Notes: generated by a model not told the origin, from the sequence alone. Positions 30,217-41,359 are shown, counted from the first letter of the stretch. The stretch is DNA of 64,000 nt from Halorutilales archaeon Cl-col2-1 (GCA_041891055.1 CP169074.1:256001-320000), one strand, 5' to 3'. Numbers and translations are program-made.

Positions 30217-32901
30217 TCAGTCCGGCTTCGGTAGTATGACCCGGACGGTGCTTCCACGGGGCTGTCTCTCGGCTATCTCTATCTTACCTCCTTCCATCTT
30301 CACTAGCCAGTAGACTAGCCAGAGTCCGAGACCACTTCCGTGTTTGAGGTGTGTCTCCTCTCCGTTTCTGAGAACCTCCTTCTCTTCGTCGGGTATTCCG
30401 GGACCGTTATCGGAGACATCAACCTCTATCTCGTCGTCACATTCGACGACATCTATCTCGACTCTCGGATCACGTGTGTCGTTGTGTTCTACTGCGTTGT
30501 CGACTATCTCCTTTATAGCAGTCTTCGTCCTCATCGAGACGGTGTACTCCTCCGAGAGCTCGGAGTCCCATTCTACCTCGGCGTCTTCGTATCGCAGCGA
30601 CATCTTCTGGGCGATATCCGTGAGAACCTCGTCGAGTCCCGCCTTACTGTCCGAGTCATCAGAGACCTCAAGCAGGCTGTTTACTCTCTCGGCTTTCTCG
30701 CTCAGACTCTCTAGCTCGGAGGCTTTCTTCCTTATCATCTCTCCTATGCCTCGGCTCTGGCTCTCGTCGTCTATCATCTCAGAGTATCCGATTATGACGC
30801 TCAAGCCGTTCCTGAGGTTGTGGCGCAGAACCCTGTGCATCACCTGTAACCTCTGCTGCCGGAGCATACGTGAGCTTATGTCTGTCTGTATAGCCACGAA
30901 CTTGGTGGGATCGCCGCCCGAGTCGGTAATGGGTGCTATCGTCTGGTGTGCGGTATAGAGTCTGCCGTCCTTACGTCTGTCGACGACTTCTTCCTCCCAG
31001 ACGTCGCCAGCGAGAATGGTCTCCCATAGCTTCTCGTAGTACTCTTCGTCCTGTTCGCCCGACTTGAGCTTTCTGGGGGTCTCTCCGATCATCTCCTCCG
31101 CCGAGTATCCCGTGATTTCCTCGAACTCCGAGTTGACGTACTCTATCACGCCGTCGGTGTCGGTGATGTATATCGCATGTCCCGCGTGTTCGACAGCCTT
31201 CCTGAACATCTCAAGACGTCTCTGACGCTTCTTCCTCGCGGATATGTCTCTGAAGGTGGCGTAGGCGAACTTCCTGCCGTCGACTTCGATGTTGGTCGAC
31301 CTTATGCTCACGGGCTTCGACTCGCCGCTCTTCGTCTCTATACAGATAGGCGAGCCGTCTTCCCTCTCGGTGATTGTAACAGGACTCCTCTCGACTCTGT
31401 CACGTACCGACTCGAACGCCTCGGCGTACTCCTCCCTCTTATCCTCGGGATGTAAATCGGGCTGTCTCATCTTTCTGAGTTCGTCCTCGGAGTAGCCGAA
31501 TATATCCGACGCCTGGCGGTTGACCTCAAGTATCTCCCCCGTCTCAACGTCGGCTAGAACGACGGCGTCGGGAGAGCCTTCGAATATAGACTCGTACCTC
31601 GTGCGGGCGTTCTCTGCTTCCTCCTTCGCCTCCTCGGCTTCGTCGAGTGCTCTCAGGAGTCTCTGTTTCATCTCACATGCCGACTCCGACATCAGACGCA
31701 TCTCGGAGGTCGGATACGATACCTTTATGCTGTGATCAAGGTCGCCGTCTGCTATCCTCTTGGCGTCCTCGGCAAACTCACGTATCGGCTCCGTCATACG
31801 TCTCGATATGTACAGACCTGCGACGATGACTACAGCCGCTGAGACGACGGCTATCATCTCGACGGCATCCCTTATTCTTATCGCAGGGGCGAATATCTCC
31901 GAGGTCGGAACCGTGGCTACGGCGTAGTAGTCGCCTCCGCTCGGAAGATCGACCTGCTGGTACTCCGCGAACCACTCCTCAGAGCCGCGTGAGTAAGTGA
32001 AGCTACCGTTTTTCTCCTCGAATATGTCGGAGCCGATTATCCTGTACTCGTCGACGGAGGTGTTGAACGAGAGGTTCGGGTTACGTCCGTTTGCGACGTA
32101 TACGGGACCCAGGGACTCCCCCTCGGCGTTCGTGTAGTCTAGGTCGACGAGAGCCGCGTATCCGGTGTCACGTATCCCGAGTTTCGTAATGGGCTGTGTG
32201 ATCTGTTTTGCCTGGTAGTTAATTATGACGAGCCCGACGCGTTCGCCGTTGACCTCGACGGGAGTTGCGTACCGTATTGCGGGCGAGTCGGTCGCTCTTG
32301 CTATGTTGATTGACGAGACGTAGACGCCGTCGGACTCCGTCTCGTCAGGATCCATCACTTTCTCGAACCAGATTTTGTCGCCCTTGTAGTCCTGGGTGTC
32401 TTCCTCACCGAGTTTATAGCCTGTGAGGACGTTACCGTCCTTCCAGAAGACACGTATCATGTCGATGTTGGGGTTGTCCTCACCGACGTCCTCGAAGAAC
32501 TCCTGTGTCTCGTTGTACTCGGGTCGGCTGTCGAGGAGTCTCGGGTACGAAGCGTTCCTTCCCCGTAGACTCGTGTTCGAGTACCTGTAACGTATCAGAC
32601 TCCTGACCGATTCCTGTCTCTCGACCATCCTGACCTGTTTCTTGTAGAGGAGTGATCTCGTCTCGGCGTTCTCGGAGACCGACTCTATCTCGGTGTTCAG
32701 CCTCTCGACCGACTGATCCCTGAGTGCGTCCTGTGTCTGGTTGAGGCTGACGTACGTTGTCAGAAACAGAGGAGTGAGTCCGATAAAGAGAACAGTAACC
32801 GCTATCCTGAACCCGAAGCTGTCTACTATGTCTCTTAGCATCTCTTTTTTGCTACTTCTCGTACTCAGAGACAGGAGTCCCGCGTCCGTCCCTTCTGTCA
32901 C
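30217..32901 (-). CDS. Membrane sensor histidine kinase (Cache-like sensor, HAMP, two PAS domains)
   Basis: TM, extracellular domain, TM, HAMP (TEPIREFAEDAKRIADGDL), two PAS domains, RHNLRN, DNAVEH, DNGPG and GSGLGL. Confidence 0.9.
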   Translation of the reverse strand: MTEGTDAGLLSLSTRSSKKEMLRDIVDSFGFRIAVTVLFIGLTPLFLTTYVSLNQTQDALRDQSVERLNTEIESVSENAETRSLLYKKQVRMVERQESVRSLIRYRYSNTSLRGRNASYPRLLDSRPEYNETQEFFEDVGEDNPNIDMIRVFWKDGNVLTGYKLGEEDTQDYKGDKIWFEKVMDPDETESDGVYVSSINIARATDSPAIRYATPVEVNGERVGLVIINYQAKQITQPITKLGIRDTGYAALVDLDYTNAEGESLGPVYVANGRNPNLSFNTSVDEYRIIGSDIFEEKNGSFTYSRGSEEWFAEYQQVDLPSGGDYYAVATVPTSEIFAPAIRIRDAVEMIAVVSAAVVIVAGLYISRRMTEPIREFAEDAKRIADGDLDHSIKVSYPTSEMRLMSESACEMKQRLLRALDEAEEAKEEAENARTRYESIFEGSPDAVVLADVETGEILEVNRQASDIFGYSEDELRKMRQPDLHPEDKREEYAEAFESVRDRVERSPVTITEREDGSPICIETKSGESKPVSIRSTNIEVDGRKFAYATFRDISARKKRQRRLEMFRKAVEHAGHAIYITDTDGVIEYVNSEFEEITGYSAEEMIGETPRKLKSGEQDEEYYEKLWETILAGDVWEEEVVDRRKDGRLYTAHQTIAPITDSGGDPTKFVAIQTDISSRMLRQQRLQVMHRVLRHNLRNGLSVIIGYSEMIDDESQSRGIGEMIRKKASELESLSEKAERVNSLLEVSDDSDSKAGLDEVLTDIAQKMSLRYEDAEVEWDSELSEEYTVSMRTKTAIKEIVDNAVEHNDTRDPRVEIDVVECDDEIEVDVSDNGPGIPDEEKEVLRNGEETHLKHGSGLGLWLVYWLVKMEGGKIEIAERQPRGSTVRVILPKPD

Positions 32902-33015
32902 GACCCGGTGTAATTTCGGGCTTCGGCTGTCTTACTCGTATCTGCGTCTATGCCAGTATATGTAGAGTCATTTATACGTATATGCTCTTCGTTATAAGTG
33001 TAAGATATCCAAGGG

Positions 33016-34314
33016 TTATACGTAGAAGAGTACCAGCGGTAACAGGAGACTTCCCATACAGTGTACACGTCTCACACGCGTGTGGTTGGGAACCATACCT
33101 ATCGCAGTCGCCGAGACGAGTATCGGGATACCTCGGAACCCCGAAAGGACGAAGGTTAAGACGACGAGGAGAACGACTACGAAGATGGTTACGAGACGGT
33201 AGCTCACCGACCGGGCGGCTCTGAAGACTACGTGTCCGAGAGCCACTGTCGCCCCGAACGCGGCCACCGAGACTACGACGGCGACCCCTACGTAGACGAC
33301 TGTTAGGTCACGGCTTACCGTGACCACGTCGGAGAGTGCGACCATCGCACCGCTCCTCGACCTGTCTATGAAGTAGAGTGCGAGCAAAGCGAAGAGAGCA
33401 TTAGAGGAGTTGACTCCCGAGACGGCGACTATGAACTCACGCGCCGACCTCTCATCGGTGTCTCCGTCAAGTCCTGGCTCCGACCCGGGTATGAAGCTCT
33501 GGACGAAGACGGTAGCTAGGGCGGGACTTATACCGGGAATCCATCCGACGACACCGCCGGCTAAGCTTCCCGATGCGGCACTCGTGAGGGTGCGTCTTCT
33601 GGGTATACGTGGGGACGCGTCGGTTTCCTGTGGGGGTATGTCTGAGTCGGATAATGCACTCGTGGCGACGACAGGCATTCCGAAGAGGCCCGTGAAGAGA
33701 GGCATGAGGAGATTCGATGTCTCGCCCGAGTTGAGTACGTAGTACCCTAAGAGTCCGCTGCTCACGAGGACGAAAGCCGCTGTGAGACTTCTTTGGACAC
33801 CGCCCTCCGTAAAGAGGAGAAAAGCGGCTGTAACTCCGAGGACTAACGCCATCGAGTCCTCTAAGACGGGGTACAGCCTCACCATTCCGACTGTGAGTGG
33901 GAGAGCGACGAAGACGCCGAATCCCACGGCTAAGAGACTCCCGAGAGCTGAGAGACGCAGAGCCTCGTGTCCCCTTCCGTCGAGTACCATGCGGTGACCC
34001 GGGAGTGCGACGAGAGCCATCGAGTCGTCGGGAACCCCGACCACGAGACTCGGAACTATGTCGAGGAACGTATGTGTAACTGCGGCAGCGACTATCGCCA
34101 CGCCGAGGAGTTCGGGAGCGACATTAACCCCTAATCCCGTGGCTGCTGCGGGAACACTCCCGGCGAGGAGTAGAGCGAAGGTGTTGACATGTAGCCCTGG
34201 TGTGAGACCGCTTACGGTTCCGAGAAGAAAGCCCAAGATTCCGAGGACTGCGACCGACGTCGGCGATACCTGTGAAAACGAGAACGAGACTAAGGGTATC
34301 AATCTCAGACCCAA
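33016..34314 (-). CDS. TctA-like (DUF112) membrane protein
   Basis: Duplicated GLTPGLHVN/GWIPGISP motifs, THTFLDIVP and LPGHRMVLDGRG. Confidence 0.8.
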   Translation of the reverse strand: MGLRLIPLVSFSFSQVSPTSVAVLGILGFLLGTVSGLTPGLHVNTFALLLAGSVPAAATGLGVNVAPELLGVAIVAAAVTHTFLDIVPSLVVGVPDDSMALVALPGHRMVLDGRGHEALRLSALGSLLAVGFGVFVALPLTVGMVRLYPVLEDSMALVLGVTAAFLLFTEGGVQRSLTAAFVLVSSGLLGYYVLNSGETSNLLMPLFTGLFGMPVVATSALSDSDIPPQETDASPRIPRRRTLTSAASGSLAGGVVGWIPGISPALATVFVQSFIPGSEPGLDGDTDERSAREFIVAVSGVNSSNALFALLALYFIDRSRSGAMVALSDVVTVSRDLTVVYVGVAVVVSVAAFGATVALGHVVFRAARSVSYRLVTIFVVVLLVVLTFVLSGFRGIPILVSATAIGMVPNHTRVRRVHCMGSLLLPLVLFYV

Positions 34315-34323
34315 CTATAACGT

Positions 34324-34758
34324 CTACTCCTCCCTGTCGAGAACCCTTATGTGGTCTCCCCTGACTGTCACGGGTATCGGAACCGTCGCCTCGTGTAGCT
34401 CCACGGTGACCTCGTCGCTCGACGAGTCTATCCTCTTGACACGCGCTTTCTCGCCCTTGAAGGGTCCGCTTATGATCTCGACGACAGCACCTTCCTCGAC
34501 TCCGGAGACAGACGGCTTCGGAGTCAGGAAATGCTCAACCTCTTCCATGCTCGTGGTTCCCTCGACCATCGTTCGGGCATGAGGGATATCTTCCGCGACG
34601 CGTTTGACTACATCGGGGTTCTCCGCCTCTACGAGGACGTATGCCTTGAGGTCGCTCGGTGCGAGAACCGCGTATATCTCGTCGATGTCACGCTCGGCTA
34701 TCATGTCCGCGACCGTCCTCTCCTGGTTCGCGGTTGTCTTGACTGCGTATATTCCCAT
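34324..34758 (-). CDS. spt5: Transcription elongation factor Spt5 (NusG)
   Basis: [11 protein letters not shown] and KOW motif [15 protein letters not shown]. Confidence 0.95.
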   Translation of the reverse strand: MGIYAVKTTANQERTVADMIAERDIDEIYAVLAPSDLKAYVLVEAENPDVVKRVAEDIPHARTMVEGTTSMEEVEHFLTPKPSVSGVEEGAVVEIISGPFKGEKARVKRIDSSSDEVTVELHEATVPIPVTVRGDHIRVLDREE

Positions 34759-34765
34759 GTTTATC

Positions 34766-34939
34766 TTATGTTGCGGGGGGAAGGAATCTCATGACCACGA
34801 ATATCAGGAAGCCGACGAGCCCTATGAAGAGTATTCCGCCTCCTGCTATGTACGACGCCTGTTTGAACTCCTGCCAAGTCGGCGTCCGTGCTAGCTTCAG
34901 AACACGGATGTACTCGTTTAAGCTGAAATCAATATCCAT
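34766..34939 (-). CDS. secE: Protein translocase SecE/Sec61-gamma (57 aa, missed by the ORF track)
   Basis: Manual translation [57 protein letters not shown]. Canonical position between ftsZ and spt5. Confidence 0.93.
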   Translation of the reverse strand: MDIDFSLNEYIRVLKLARTPTWQEFKQASYIAGGGILFIGLVGFLIFVVMRFLPPAT

Positions 34940-34985
34940 CAGAAGCGGTTTGTTTCTGAGTTAACTTGAGTCCTTCTAATCTTAT

Positions 34986-36170
34986 CTAATCTATGTAGTC
35001 TATGTCGCTCTCGGTGGTCTGGGTCTCGTTGGGAGTCTTTCCGTATATCTGGGGACTCTCGACACCCGTGACGACGACCATCGTCCTCATCGAGCCTTCG
35101 AGTTCCTCGTCGACCGAGGTTCCCCAGATTATCCTCGCGTTGGTGTCTATCTTGTCGTAGATCTGTTCGACAACGCCCTCAGCCTCGTCTATGCTCATGT
35201 CGTTTCCACCAGTGACGTTGACGAGTGCGGAGGTCGCTCCCTCTATGTTGACGTCGAGGAGGGGAGACCGCAGAGCGTGTCTCACACTGTCCTCTGCCTT
35301 GCTCTCTGAGTCGCTCTCCCCGAGACCTATCATCGCCACGCCGCCTTTCTCCATCACAGTACGTACGTCGGCGAAGTCGAGGTTGACGAGACCGGGCTTC
35401 GTGATTAGCTCTGTGATGCCCTTCACTGAGCGCATCAGGACTTCGTCAGCGACCTTGAACGCCTTCTTGACGGGCAGACCACCGACTGCGTCAAGAAGCC
35501 TGTCGTTCGGGACGACTATGACGGTGTCGGCGACATCACGCAGACGCTCGAGACCCGCCTCGGCATTCGTCCTTCTGACCTCGCCCTCCGCGGTGAACGG
35601 CGTCGTGACGACGGCTATCGTGAGTGCCCCCTCGTCCTGTGCCGCCTGTGCGACGACCGGGGCACTTCCCGTCCCTGTACCGCCTCCGAGACCAGCAGTC
35701 ACGAATACCATGTCGGAGCCCGAGACTGCGTTGGTTATCTCCTGCTGAGACTCTAGAGCGGCTTCCTCGCCGACTTGCGGTACTGATCCGGCTCCTCGTC
35801 CTCCGGTCTTCTTCTTTCCTATCAGGAGCTTCTTATCCGCCTCAGTCTCTATGAGATGCTGGGCGTCGGTGTTGGCGGCTACTAAGTTGGCTCCGTGTAT
35901 TCCCTCCTTCTCCATTCGGGAGATAGTGTTGCAGCCTGCGCCTCCACATCCGACTACGGTAATGTCTGTTTCGAGCTCCTCAAGTACGTCAAGTAGCTCC
36001 TCGTCGGTCGTCTCAGCGTTGCCTCCCCCGGTACCACCACCCGTCCCCGTTGACTCTGTTCCTCCACTCGTCCCCGTCTCCGATGTACCCGTTTCTATCT
36101 CTCCACTTACGTCGTCGTTCATGTCCTCGTTCTCGGCTTCCTCAAGAGCGTCTTCTATTATCTTGTCCAT
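34986..36170 (-). CDS. ftsZ: Cell division protein FtsZ (FtsZ1 locus)
   Basis: Motifs [17 protein letters not shown] and NLDFAD. Confidence 0.97.
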   Translation of the reverse strand: MDKIIEDALEEAENEDMNDDVSGEIETGTSETGTSGGTESTGTGGGTGGGNAETTDEELLDVLEELETDITVVGCGGAGCNTISRMEKEGIHGANLVAANTDAQHLIETEADKKLLIGKKKTGGRGAGSVPQVGEEAALESQQEITNAVSGSDMVFVTAGLGGGTGTGSAPVVAQAAQDEGALTIAVVTTPFTAEGEVRRTNAEAGLERLRDVADTVIVVPNDRLLDAVGGLPVKKAFKVADEVLMRSVKGITELITKPGLVNLDFADVRTVMEKGGVAMIGLGESDSESKAEDSVRHALRSPLLDVNIEGATSALVNVTGGNDMSIDEAEGVVEQIYDKIDTNARIIWGTSVDEELEGSMRTMVVVTGVESPQIYGKTPNETQTTESDIDYID

Positions 36171-36291
36171 GCTATTACACCGTATGATGGAACTCAGTCT
36201 GATATACTATACGGTACCGTACGTAAACCTCTGAGTCGGTCTATGGACTTCCCGTATATATTATTAAGTCAGACTCACGTCTGACACACAC

Positions 36292-37569
36292 TCAGACCTC
36301 AAACACCTTGGTTTCTGTAACATGAACATCCTCCGGATATATAGTTCTGTCGTCGGTCTCGACCTCCTCACCGTCAGATAGCCTCCCGAAGAGACGCCCC
36401 TCGGGAACACCCATATCCTTAGCCTTCTCGGGACTAAAGACCTGCCTCCGAACGGTTATCTCTCCCTCTGCCTCGTCGTAGACTACGTCGTCGTACTTGT
36501 CTCTGAGTATCTCGACAATTCCCAGTGTGAAGTCCTCAGTCTCGTCGGTCTCCAAGACTACGTCGGCGAGAGACGAGTCGTCGTACTCGGAGTAGCCGAG
36601 ACAGTGTTCTTCGATTAGATCCTCGAAGGCGTCGGGGTCTGTCCTGCGTGCCTCACGTGCCGCCTCGGTACCGCCGTAGACAACGGGATCGACATCGTCT
36701 TTGTGTGACCTCTGAGTCAGGAAGAGACGTTCGCCCGACATGACTGACTCTATCGCCTCTGCGACCTCGTCTTCGACACCTGATCGGCGTCTCAGTACCG
36801 ACTCCGCCCTCGACGGATAGCCACGTAGGTCTTCATCGGAAGCGTCGCCGTCGAGTACGCCGAAGTCGGCTCCCGATATCTCGAAGACTTCGTCAAGGAG
36901 TGGGTCGTTGAGGTCGTCGAGACAGTGGTCGGGGACGACGTGTCCGAAGGCGACGTCAGTTTCGAGGAGAATACGCGTGAACTTCGGCGCGTAATGTCCT
37001 CCTCCTAATCCGACGGCGACCTTGGGGTATGTCTCGGAGGTGTCGAGTTCGAGTAAGCCTCTCGCAACTGCCCTCGCGGCATCCTCACGTTCCCATTCGT
37101 CCTCACCGCTCCCTATCTCGGCGTATAAAGACGGAGTCTCGACAGCCGTAGGACCGTGGTGGGTCGCCTCGAACGAGATGTCGAAGTCGTCGGGAGACTC
37201 GTCCTCGAAGAATCTGAGAAGGGACTTCGCGGCTTGAGGCGCGGGCTTCGCTAACCCTCCTTCTTCGCCGCCGTACTCCGCCTCTCCGAAGTTACCCGTG
37301 AAATGTGCCGTGAGAAGCTCCCCCGTGTCTCCCGAGTGACGCGACGCGAAGACGAGGAGATCGGTGTCGTGTGTCTCGGAGAGACGCGAGTCGACGTCGT
37401 CGTAGTAGAGATGTAGACCTTCTTTCTCCACCATCACGTATCCGTCTCGTGTGTACTCGCGCTCCCAGTCTCCTTCGGGCTCCGTCTCTTCCCAGTCCGC
37501 CTCTTCGAGGAGTCTGTCACGTATGTTGAGACTCGCCTCGTCGTCACGTGAGACTACGATGCCTATCAT
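36292..37569 (-). CDS. dtdA: Archaeal D-aminoacyl-tRNA deacylase
   Basis: Motifs FASRHS, LTAHFTGN, EATHHGPT, EIGS and GGGHYAP. Upstream of ftsZ. Confidence 0.9.
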   Translation of the reverse strand: MIGIVVSRDDEASLNIRDRLLEEADWEETEPEGDWEREYTRDGYVMVEKEGLHLYYDDVDSRLSETHDTDLLVFASRHSGDTGELLTAHFTGNFGEAEYGGEEGGLAKPAPQAAKSLLRFFEDESPDDFDISFEATHHGPTAVETPSLYAEIGSGEDEWEREDAARAVARGLLELDTSETYPKVAVGLGGGHYAPKFTRILLETDVAFGHVVPDHCLDDLNDPLLDEVFEISGADFGVLDGDASDEDLRGYPSRAESVLRRRSGVEDEVAEAIESVMSGERLFLTQRSHKDDVDPVVYGGTEAAREARRTDPDAFEDLIEEHCLGYSEYDDSSLADVVLETDETEDFTLGIVEILRDKYDDVVYDEAEGEITVRRQVFSPEKAKDMGVPEGRLFGRLSDGEEVETDDRTIYPEDVHVTETKVFEV

Positions 37570-37648
37570 ACCTTTACTTCGTCACGTACTTAGACAGTTT
37601 TTTGGATCTCCGGCACGTTTAAGACTTCCAACTACATACGTAGTAGCA

Positions 37649-37831
37649 ATGAACCAGACACAGTTCGTCAGACGTATAGCGGGTGTAGTCATACTCGCGG
37701 GATTCGCCCTCGGATGGTTCGTCGACGACTACTTCTACCTCATAGACGCCTTCGCGGGTCTCAACCTCCTCCAGAGCTCTTTCACGGGTTTCTGTCCTTC
37801 TGAGAAGATATACGCAAGGCTGTTCGACTAA
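37649..37831 (+). CDS. DUF2892/YgaP-like small membrane protein
   Basis: MNQTQFVRRIAG...FAGLNLLQSSFTGFCP, with two TM helices and the FCP signature. Confidence 0.8.
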   Translation: MNQTQFVRRIAGVVILAGFALGWFVDDYFYLIDAFAGLNLLQSSFTGFCPSEKIYARLFD

Positions 37832-37860
37832 TTTTTGTGTCTCCGACGCGTCTTTCGGGC

Positions 37861-38673
37861 ATGGATATCTACGGAATAATAGGCAATCCCGTAGAGCACT
37901 CGCTCTCACCCCCTATGCACGAGGCGGCTTACGACGAGACGGGATACGACGCGCGTTACTGTAAGTTCCCCGTCGAAGACGGAGACGTCGAGACCGCCGT
38001 CAAAGGAGCCGAGGCTCTCGGAATAAAGGGTCTCAACGTGACTATACCACACAAGCAGGCTGTCGCCGAACTCGACGCAGTCGAGAACCATCCTACGGCG
38101 GAGAAGATGGCTGCGGTAAACACTCTCGACCTCGAAGAGATGAGGGGCTACAACACCGACGGCGTCGGTGCGATTAGAGCACTCGAACACCACGGCGTCG
38201 AAGTAGACGGTGCCGAAGTCGTAGTCGTCGGGGCGGGAGGTGCGGCACGTGCTGTCTGTTTCGCGCTCTCGGAACGTGATACCCGGATAAGAATCGCCAA
38301 CAGGACGCCGGAGAAGGCACGTGACCTCGCCGACGAACTCGGTGGGTCGGCGGAGGGATACTCGCTTGATGCCCTCAAGGATACCGTCTCGGACGCCGAC
38401 ATACTTATAAACGCGACGAGCGTCGGCATGGAGGAGGACGAGACGCCAGTGCCCGCGGAGTACCTCGACTCGGATCTCGTCGTCTTCGACGTCGTATACA
38501 GCCCTCTTGAGACACGTCTTCTGAGGGACGCGAAGGAGGTAGGAGCCAAGACAGTAGACGGAGCCTGGATGCTCGTCTTCCAGGGTGTCGAGGCGTTCGA
38601 GATCTGGACGGGGAAGAAGCCGCCCGTCGATGTCATGAACACAGCCGTAAGAAGGAGGCTGAAGGATGACTGA
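37861..38673 (+). CDS. aroE: Shikimate dehydrogenase
   Basis: Motifs GNPVEHSLSPPMH, NVTIPHK, NTDG, GAGGAA and DVVYSP. Confidence 0.95.
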   Translation: MDIYGIIGNPVEHSLSPPMHEAAYDETGYDARYCKFPVEDGDVETAVKGAEALGIKGLNVTIPHKQAVAELDAVENHPTAEKMAAVNTLDLEEMRGYNTDGVGAIRALEHHGVEVDGAEVVVVGAGGAARAVCFALSERDTRIRIANRTPEKARDLADELGGSAEGYSLDALKDTVSDADILINATSVGMEEDETPVPAEYLDSDLVVFDVVYSPLETRLLRDAKEVGAKTVDGAWMLVFQGVEAFEIWTGKKPPVDVMNTAVRRRLKDD

Positions 38674-39058
38674 CGACGAACGTCTCGAACTCTTCTCGGA
38701 GAAGAGCTTCCGTCTCATACTCCGTATACCCGAGGTCGACACAGACGCAGTCACGAACGCTGTACACGAGGCTGCGGAGGTCGACGAACACGACGATGTC
38801 GACGTCTCGGAGTTCTCGGCTCACGCCACACATTCTGAGTTCGAGGGAGAGTTCAGAGGCAACGCCATAGAGGGTGGTGTCTCACGCGATGTCAACGGAA
38901 ACACGGTTCTGACTCTCCGCAGGATAGTATATGTCGACAACTCCGCCGACTTCATCGACGAGATAAACGACCTCCTCAGGATCGAGAGGCTCGAAGACGC
39001 GGCTGAGAGGCTGCGCGAGTACGACGCCGACGAGGTACCTCTTAAGAAGGTTCTGTAA
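38666..39058 (+). CDS. Hypothetical acidic protein
   Basis: Overlaps the aroE stop and abuts the next gene. Composition is host-like and acidic. Confidence 0.7.
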   Translation: MTDDERLELFSEKSFRLILRIPEVDTDAVTNAVHEAAEVDEHDDVDVSEFSAHATHSEFEGEFRGNAIEGGVSRDVNGNTVLTLRRIVYVDNSADFIDEINDLLRIERLEDAAERLREYDADEVPLKKVL

Positions 39059-39059
39059 G

Positions 39060-39956
39060 ATGGCTATGGAACGTTACTCCGAGATAATACCGGAGTTCGA
39101 CAACTTTCTCGATTACCTCGAAAAGCCGCTTCCGAAGACAGCGAGGGTCAACACCGTCAAGTCAGACGTCGAAGAGACCCGAGAGGCTCTGGAGGAAGCA
39201 GGTGTCGGCACAGAGGTCTTCGACTGGTACGATAAGGGTCTACGTCTCGACATACCCGACGGAATGAGCATAGGCAACAGTCTCCCTCATTTCCTCGGCT
39301 GGATACACGTACATGAGGAGGTCAGCATGATCCCTCCGGTTGTTCTCGACCCCGACGAAGACGACCACGTCCTCGATGTCTGTGCCGCGCCGGGGAGTAA
39401 GACTACACAGATAGCCGCGGCTGTCGAGGAAGGCTCCGTTACGGCGAACGACGACAACATAGGCAGGATAGCCGCGCTAAGGAACAACACCGACAGGCTC
39501 GGGCTCACCAACGTCTCTGTGACCAACTACGACGGCAGGAGGATGCCGGGGAGAGACGTCTTCGACTCTGCGGTTGTCGATGTTCCGTGTACGTCGGAGG
39601 GGACTGCGCGGAAGTATCCTCAGCACAGAGAGGGTGCGAGTCTCGATCAGATTAGGAGTCTACAGGGAGTCCAGAAAGGAATACTGTCGAGGACTGTTGA
39701 TCTCGTGAAGCCAGGGGGTACAGTCGTCTACTCGACGTGTACATTCGCCCCCGAGGAGAACGAGGCTGTCGTCGACCACGTTCTCGGGGAGAAAGACGTC
39801 GAAGTCGTCGATTTCTCTTTGGGACTTAACTCCGAAAAGGGTCTGACCGAATGGAAAGGTGAGGGCTTCGATCCTTCTGTCGAGAACTCGAAGCGGTTCT
39901 ACCCCCATGCCAACGACACAGGGGGCTTCTTCGTCGCTAAGCTCAGGGTCGACTGA
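39060..39956 (+). CDS. RsmB/NOL1/NOP2 family RNA m5C methyltransferase
   Basis: Motifs LDVCAAPGSKT, DVPCTSEG, YSTCT...EENE and GFFVAKL. Confidence 0.92.
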   Translation: MAMERYSEIIPEFDNFLDYLEKPLPKTARVNTVKSDVEETREALEEAGVGTEVFDWYDKGLRLDIPDGMSIGNSLPHFLGWIHVHEEVSMIPPVVLDPDEDDHVLDVCAAPGSKTTQIAAAVEEGSVTANDDNIGRIAALRNNTDRLGLTNVSVTNYDGRRMPGRDVFDSAVVDVPCTSEGTARKYPQHREGASLDQIRSLQGVQKGILSRTVDLVKPGGTVVYSTCTFAPEENEAVVDHVLGEKDVEVVDFSLGLNSEKGLTEWKGEGFDPSVENSKRFYPHANDTGGFFVAKLRVD

Positions 39957-39966
39957 TAGCTCTATC

Positions 39967-40509
39967 TTAGCTCTGTTTCTTCTTAGCGGCTCCTTCCTGA
40001 GTAGACATCTCCTCTATCTTACAGATGACTATGTTGTTGGTCTCATCCTTGCCGTCTACTACGCCGTCTATCACTAGCCCCGAGATGGGGGTGGGTCCTA
40101 CCTCTATCTCGTCGCCCTCGTGGAAGTCGTGTACGCTTCCCTGTACGTGTATCTCGGCGCGGCAGAGTGAGGGATGGTGTACGCTAGTGAGGTCTATCTC
40201 GGCGACGTTAGCGCTCTCAACGGGATCTCCGTTCTTGAGAAGAGGTACCGCAGCCTCCTCCTCCATCAGTTCCATGTCTAGCGACTCGTAGGCGTTCGCC
40301 GTGGGCTTGTATCCGCCCTTGGGACCCGGGATTCCCTCTACCAACTGCAACGCCTTCAAAGACTGCATCTGGTTACGTATCGTCCCGGGGTTTCTCCCGA
40401 CCATCTCGGCGATCTCCTCTCCCTTGACTACGTCCTCTTTCTCCCGAAAGAGGTTGACTAGTGCAGAAAGTATCTGCTTCTGACTCGACGAAAGGTCTAT
40501 TTCAGCCAT
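39967..40509 (-). CDS. Archaeal HTH transcriptional regulator (COG2524-like N-terminus, no CBS pair)
   Basis: VKGEEIAEMVGRNPGTIRNQMQSLKALQLVEGIPGPKGGY. Confidence 0.8.
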   Translation of the reverse strand: MAEIDLSSSQKQILSALVNLFREKEDVVKGEEIAEMVGRNPGTIRNQMQSLKALQLVEGIPGPKGGYKPTANAYESLDMELMEEEAAVPLLKNGDPVESANVAEIDLTSVHHPSLCRAEIHVQGSVHDFHEGDEIEVGPTPISGLVIDGVVDGKDETNNIVICKIEEMSTQEGAAKKKQS

Positions 40510-40567
40510 GACTATAATATTAGTTCCGTACAGGTATTAAACTTATCTTTAATCATGGTTCTGGTAT

Positions 40568-41359
40568 TCAGAACCATGTCATACGTTGTCGGTTTTCGTC
40601 ACCACCTTGGACGAGACACGGGGCTGCGGCTAAGACGACTCCGACAGCTAAGACGCTGATGGGAGCGGCTTCGGGGACGACTCCGTAGACCGAAAGTGGA
40701 AGTGTCCCGAGAGACGCTCCGCTCGTGAGTCTGAGAAGCCGCGCGTCGATGAGACGTAACCCGGCTTCGGAGTTCGATCCCCAAAAGCGGGAACGCGCAG
40801 CCACGACGCACAGACCGAAGACCGTAGCGACCCCGCCCGCCAAGACGCCCTTGACGACGAGGGACAGATCGTGGACGACGAGTTCGAAACCCGACGGGTC
40901 GAGGCTGACGACAAGTCCCGCGGCGACTACCGTACGTGGCTTCGGGAGTACGTCGTCGAGTACGTCCGTGGCTACCGAGACGGCGACCGTGAGAACCGTG
41001 GCGACGGCGAAGACATCGAAGATCTGTCTCGACACGAGGCTCTCGAACGTCGGGGCTAATGCAGCCTCTATGCCCGCGACGACAGAGACGCCGGCTCCGA
41101 CGGCTAAGACCTCGCTAGCACCGATGTCGTCCGACGAGACGAGGACACTCGCAGTCGCGGCTCCGCCTAAGACGAGAAGACCCGTCTGTAAGACTCCGAG
41201 CGGGCTACCTAGTCCTCCGGCTAAGACGACTGCGGGGAAGACCCCGTCTATGAGAGGGAGTCCCATCACCGTCGCGAGAAGATGGCTCCCGTCACCACGT
41301 CCGCGTCCGCCTACCAGCGACTCAGCTGCCCTCTTGACACCGTGGACGTGGATGGACAT
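40568..41359 (-). CDS. DUF5794-like haloarchaeal membrane protein
   Basis: LLATVMGLPLIDGVFPAVVLAG signature and multiple TM segments. Confidence 0.7.
   Translation of the reverse strand: MSIHVHGVKRAAESLVGGRGRGDGSHLLATVMGLPLIDGVFPAVVLAGGLGSPLGVLQTGLLVLGGAATASVLVSSDDIGASEVLAVGAGVSVVAGIEAALAPTFESLVSRQIFDVFAVATVLTVAVSVATDVLDDVLPKPRTVVAAGLVVSLDPSGFELVVHDLSLVVKGVLAGGVATVFGLCVVAARSRFWGSNSEAGLRLIDARLLRLTSGASLGTLPLSVYGVVPEAAPISVLAVGVVLAAAPCLVQGGDENRQRMTWF

Noticed and set aside
36010-36095. Gly/Thr-rich low-complexity stretch in the FtsZ N-terminus
   Set aside because: It is a variable disordered N-terminal linker, common in haloarchaeal FtsZ, and not a separate repeat element.
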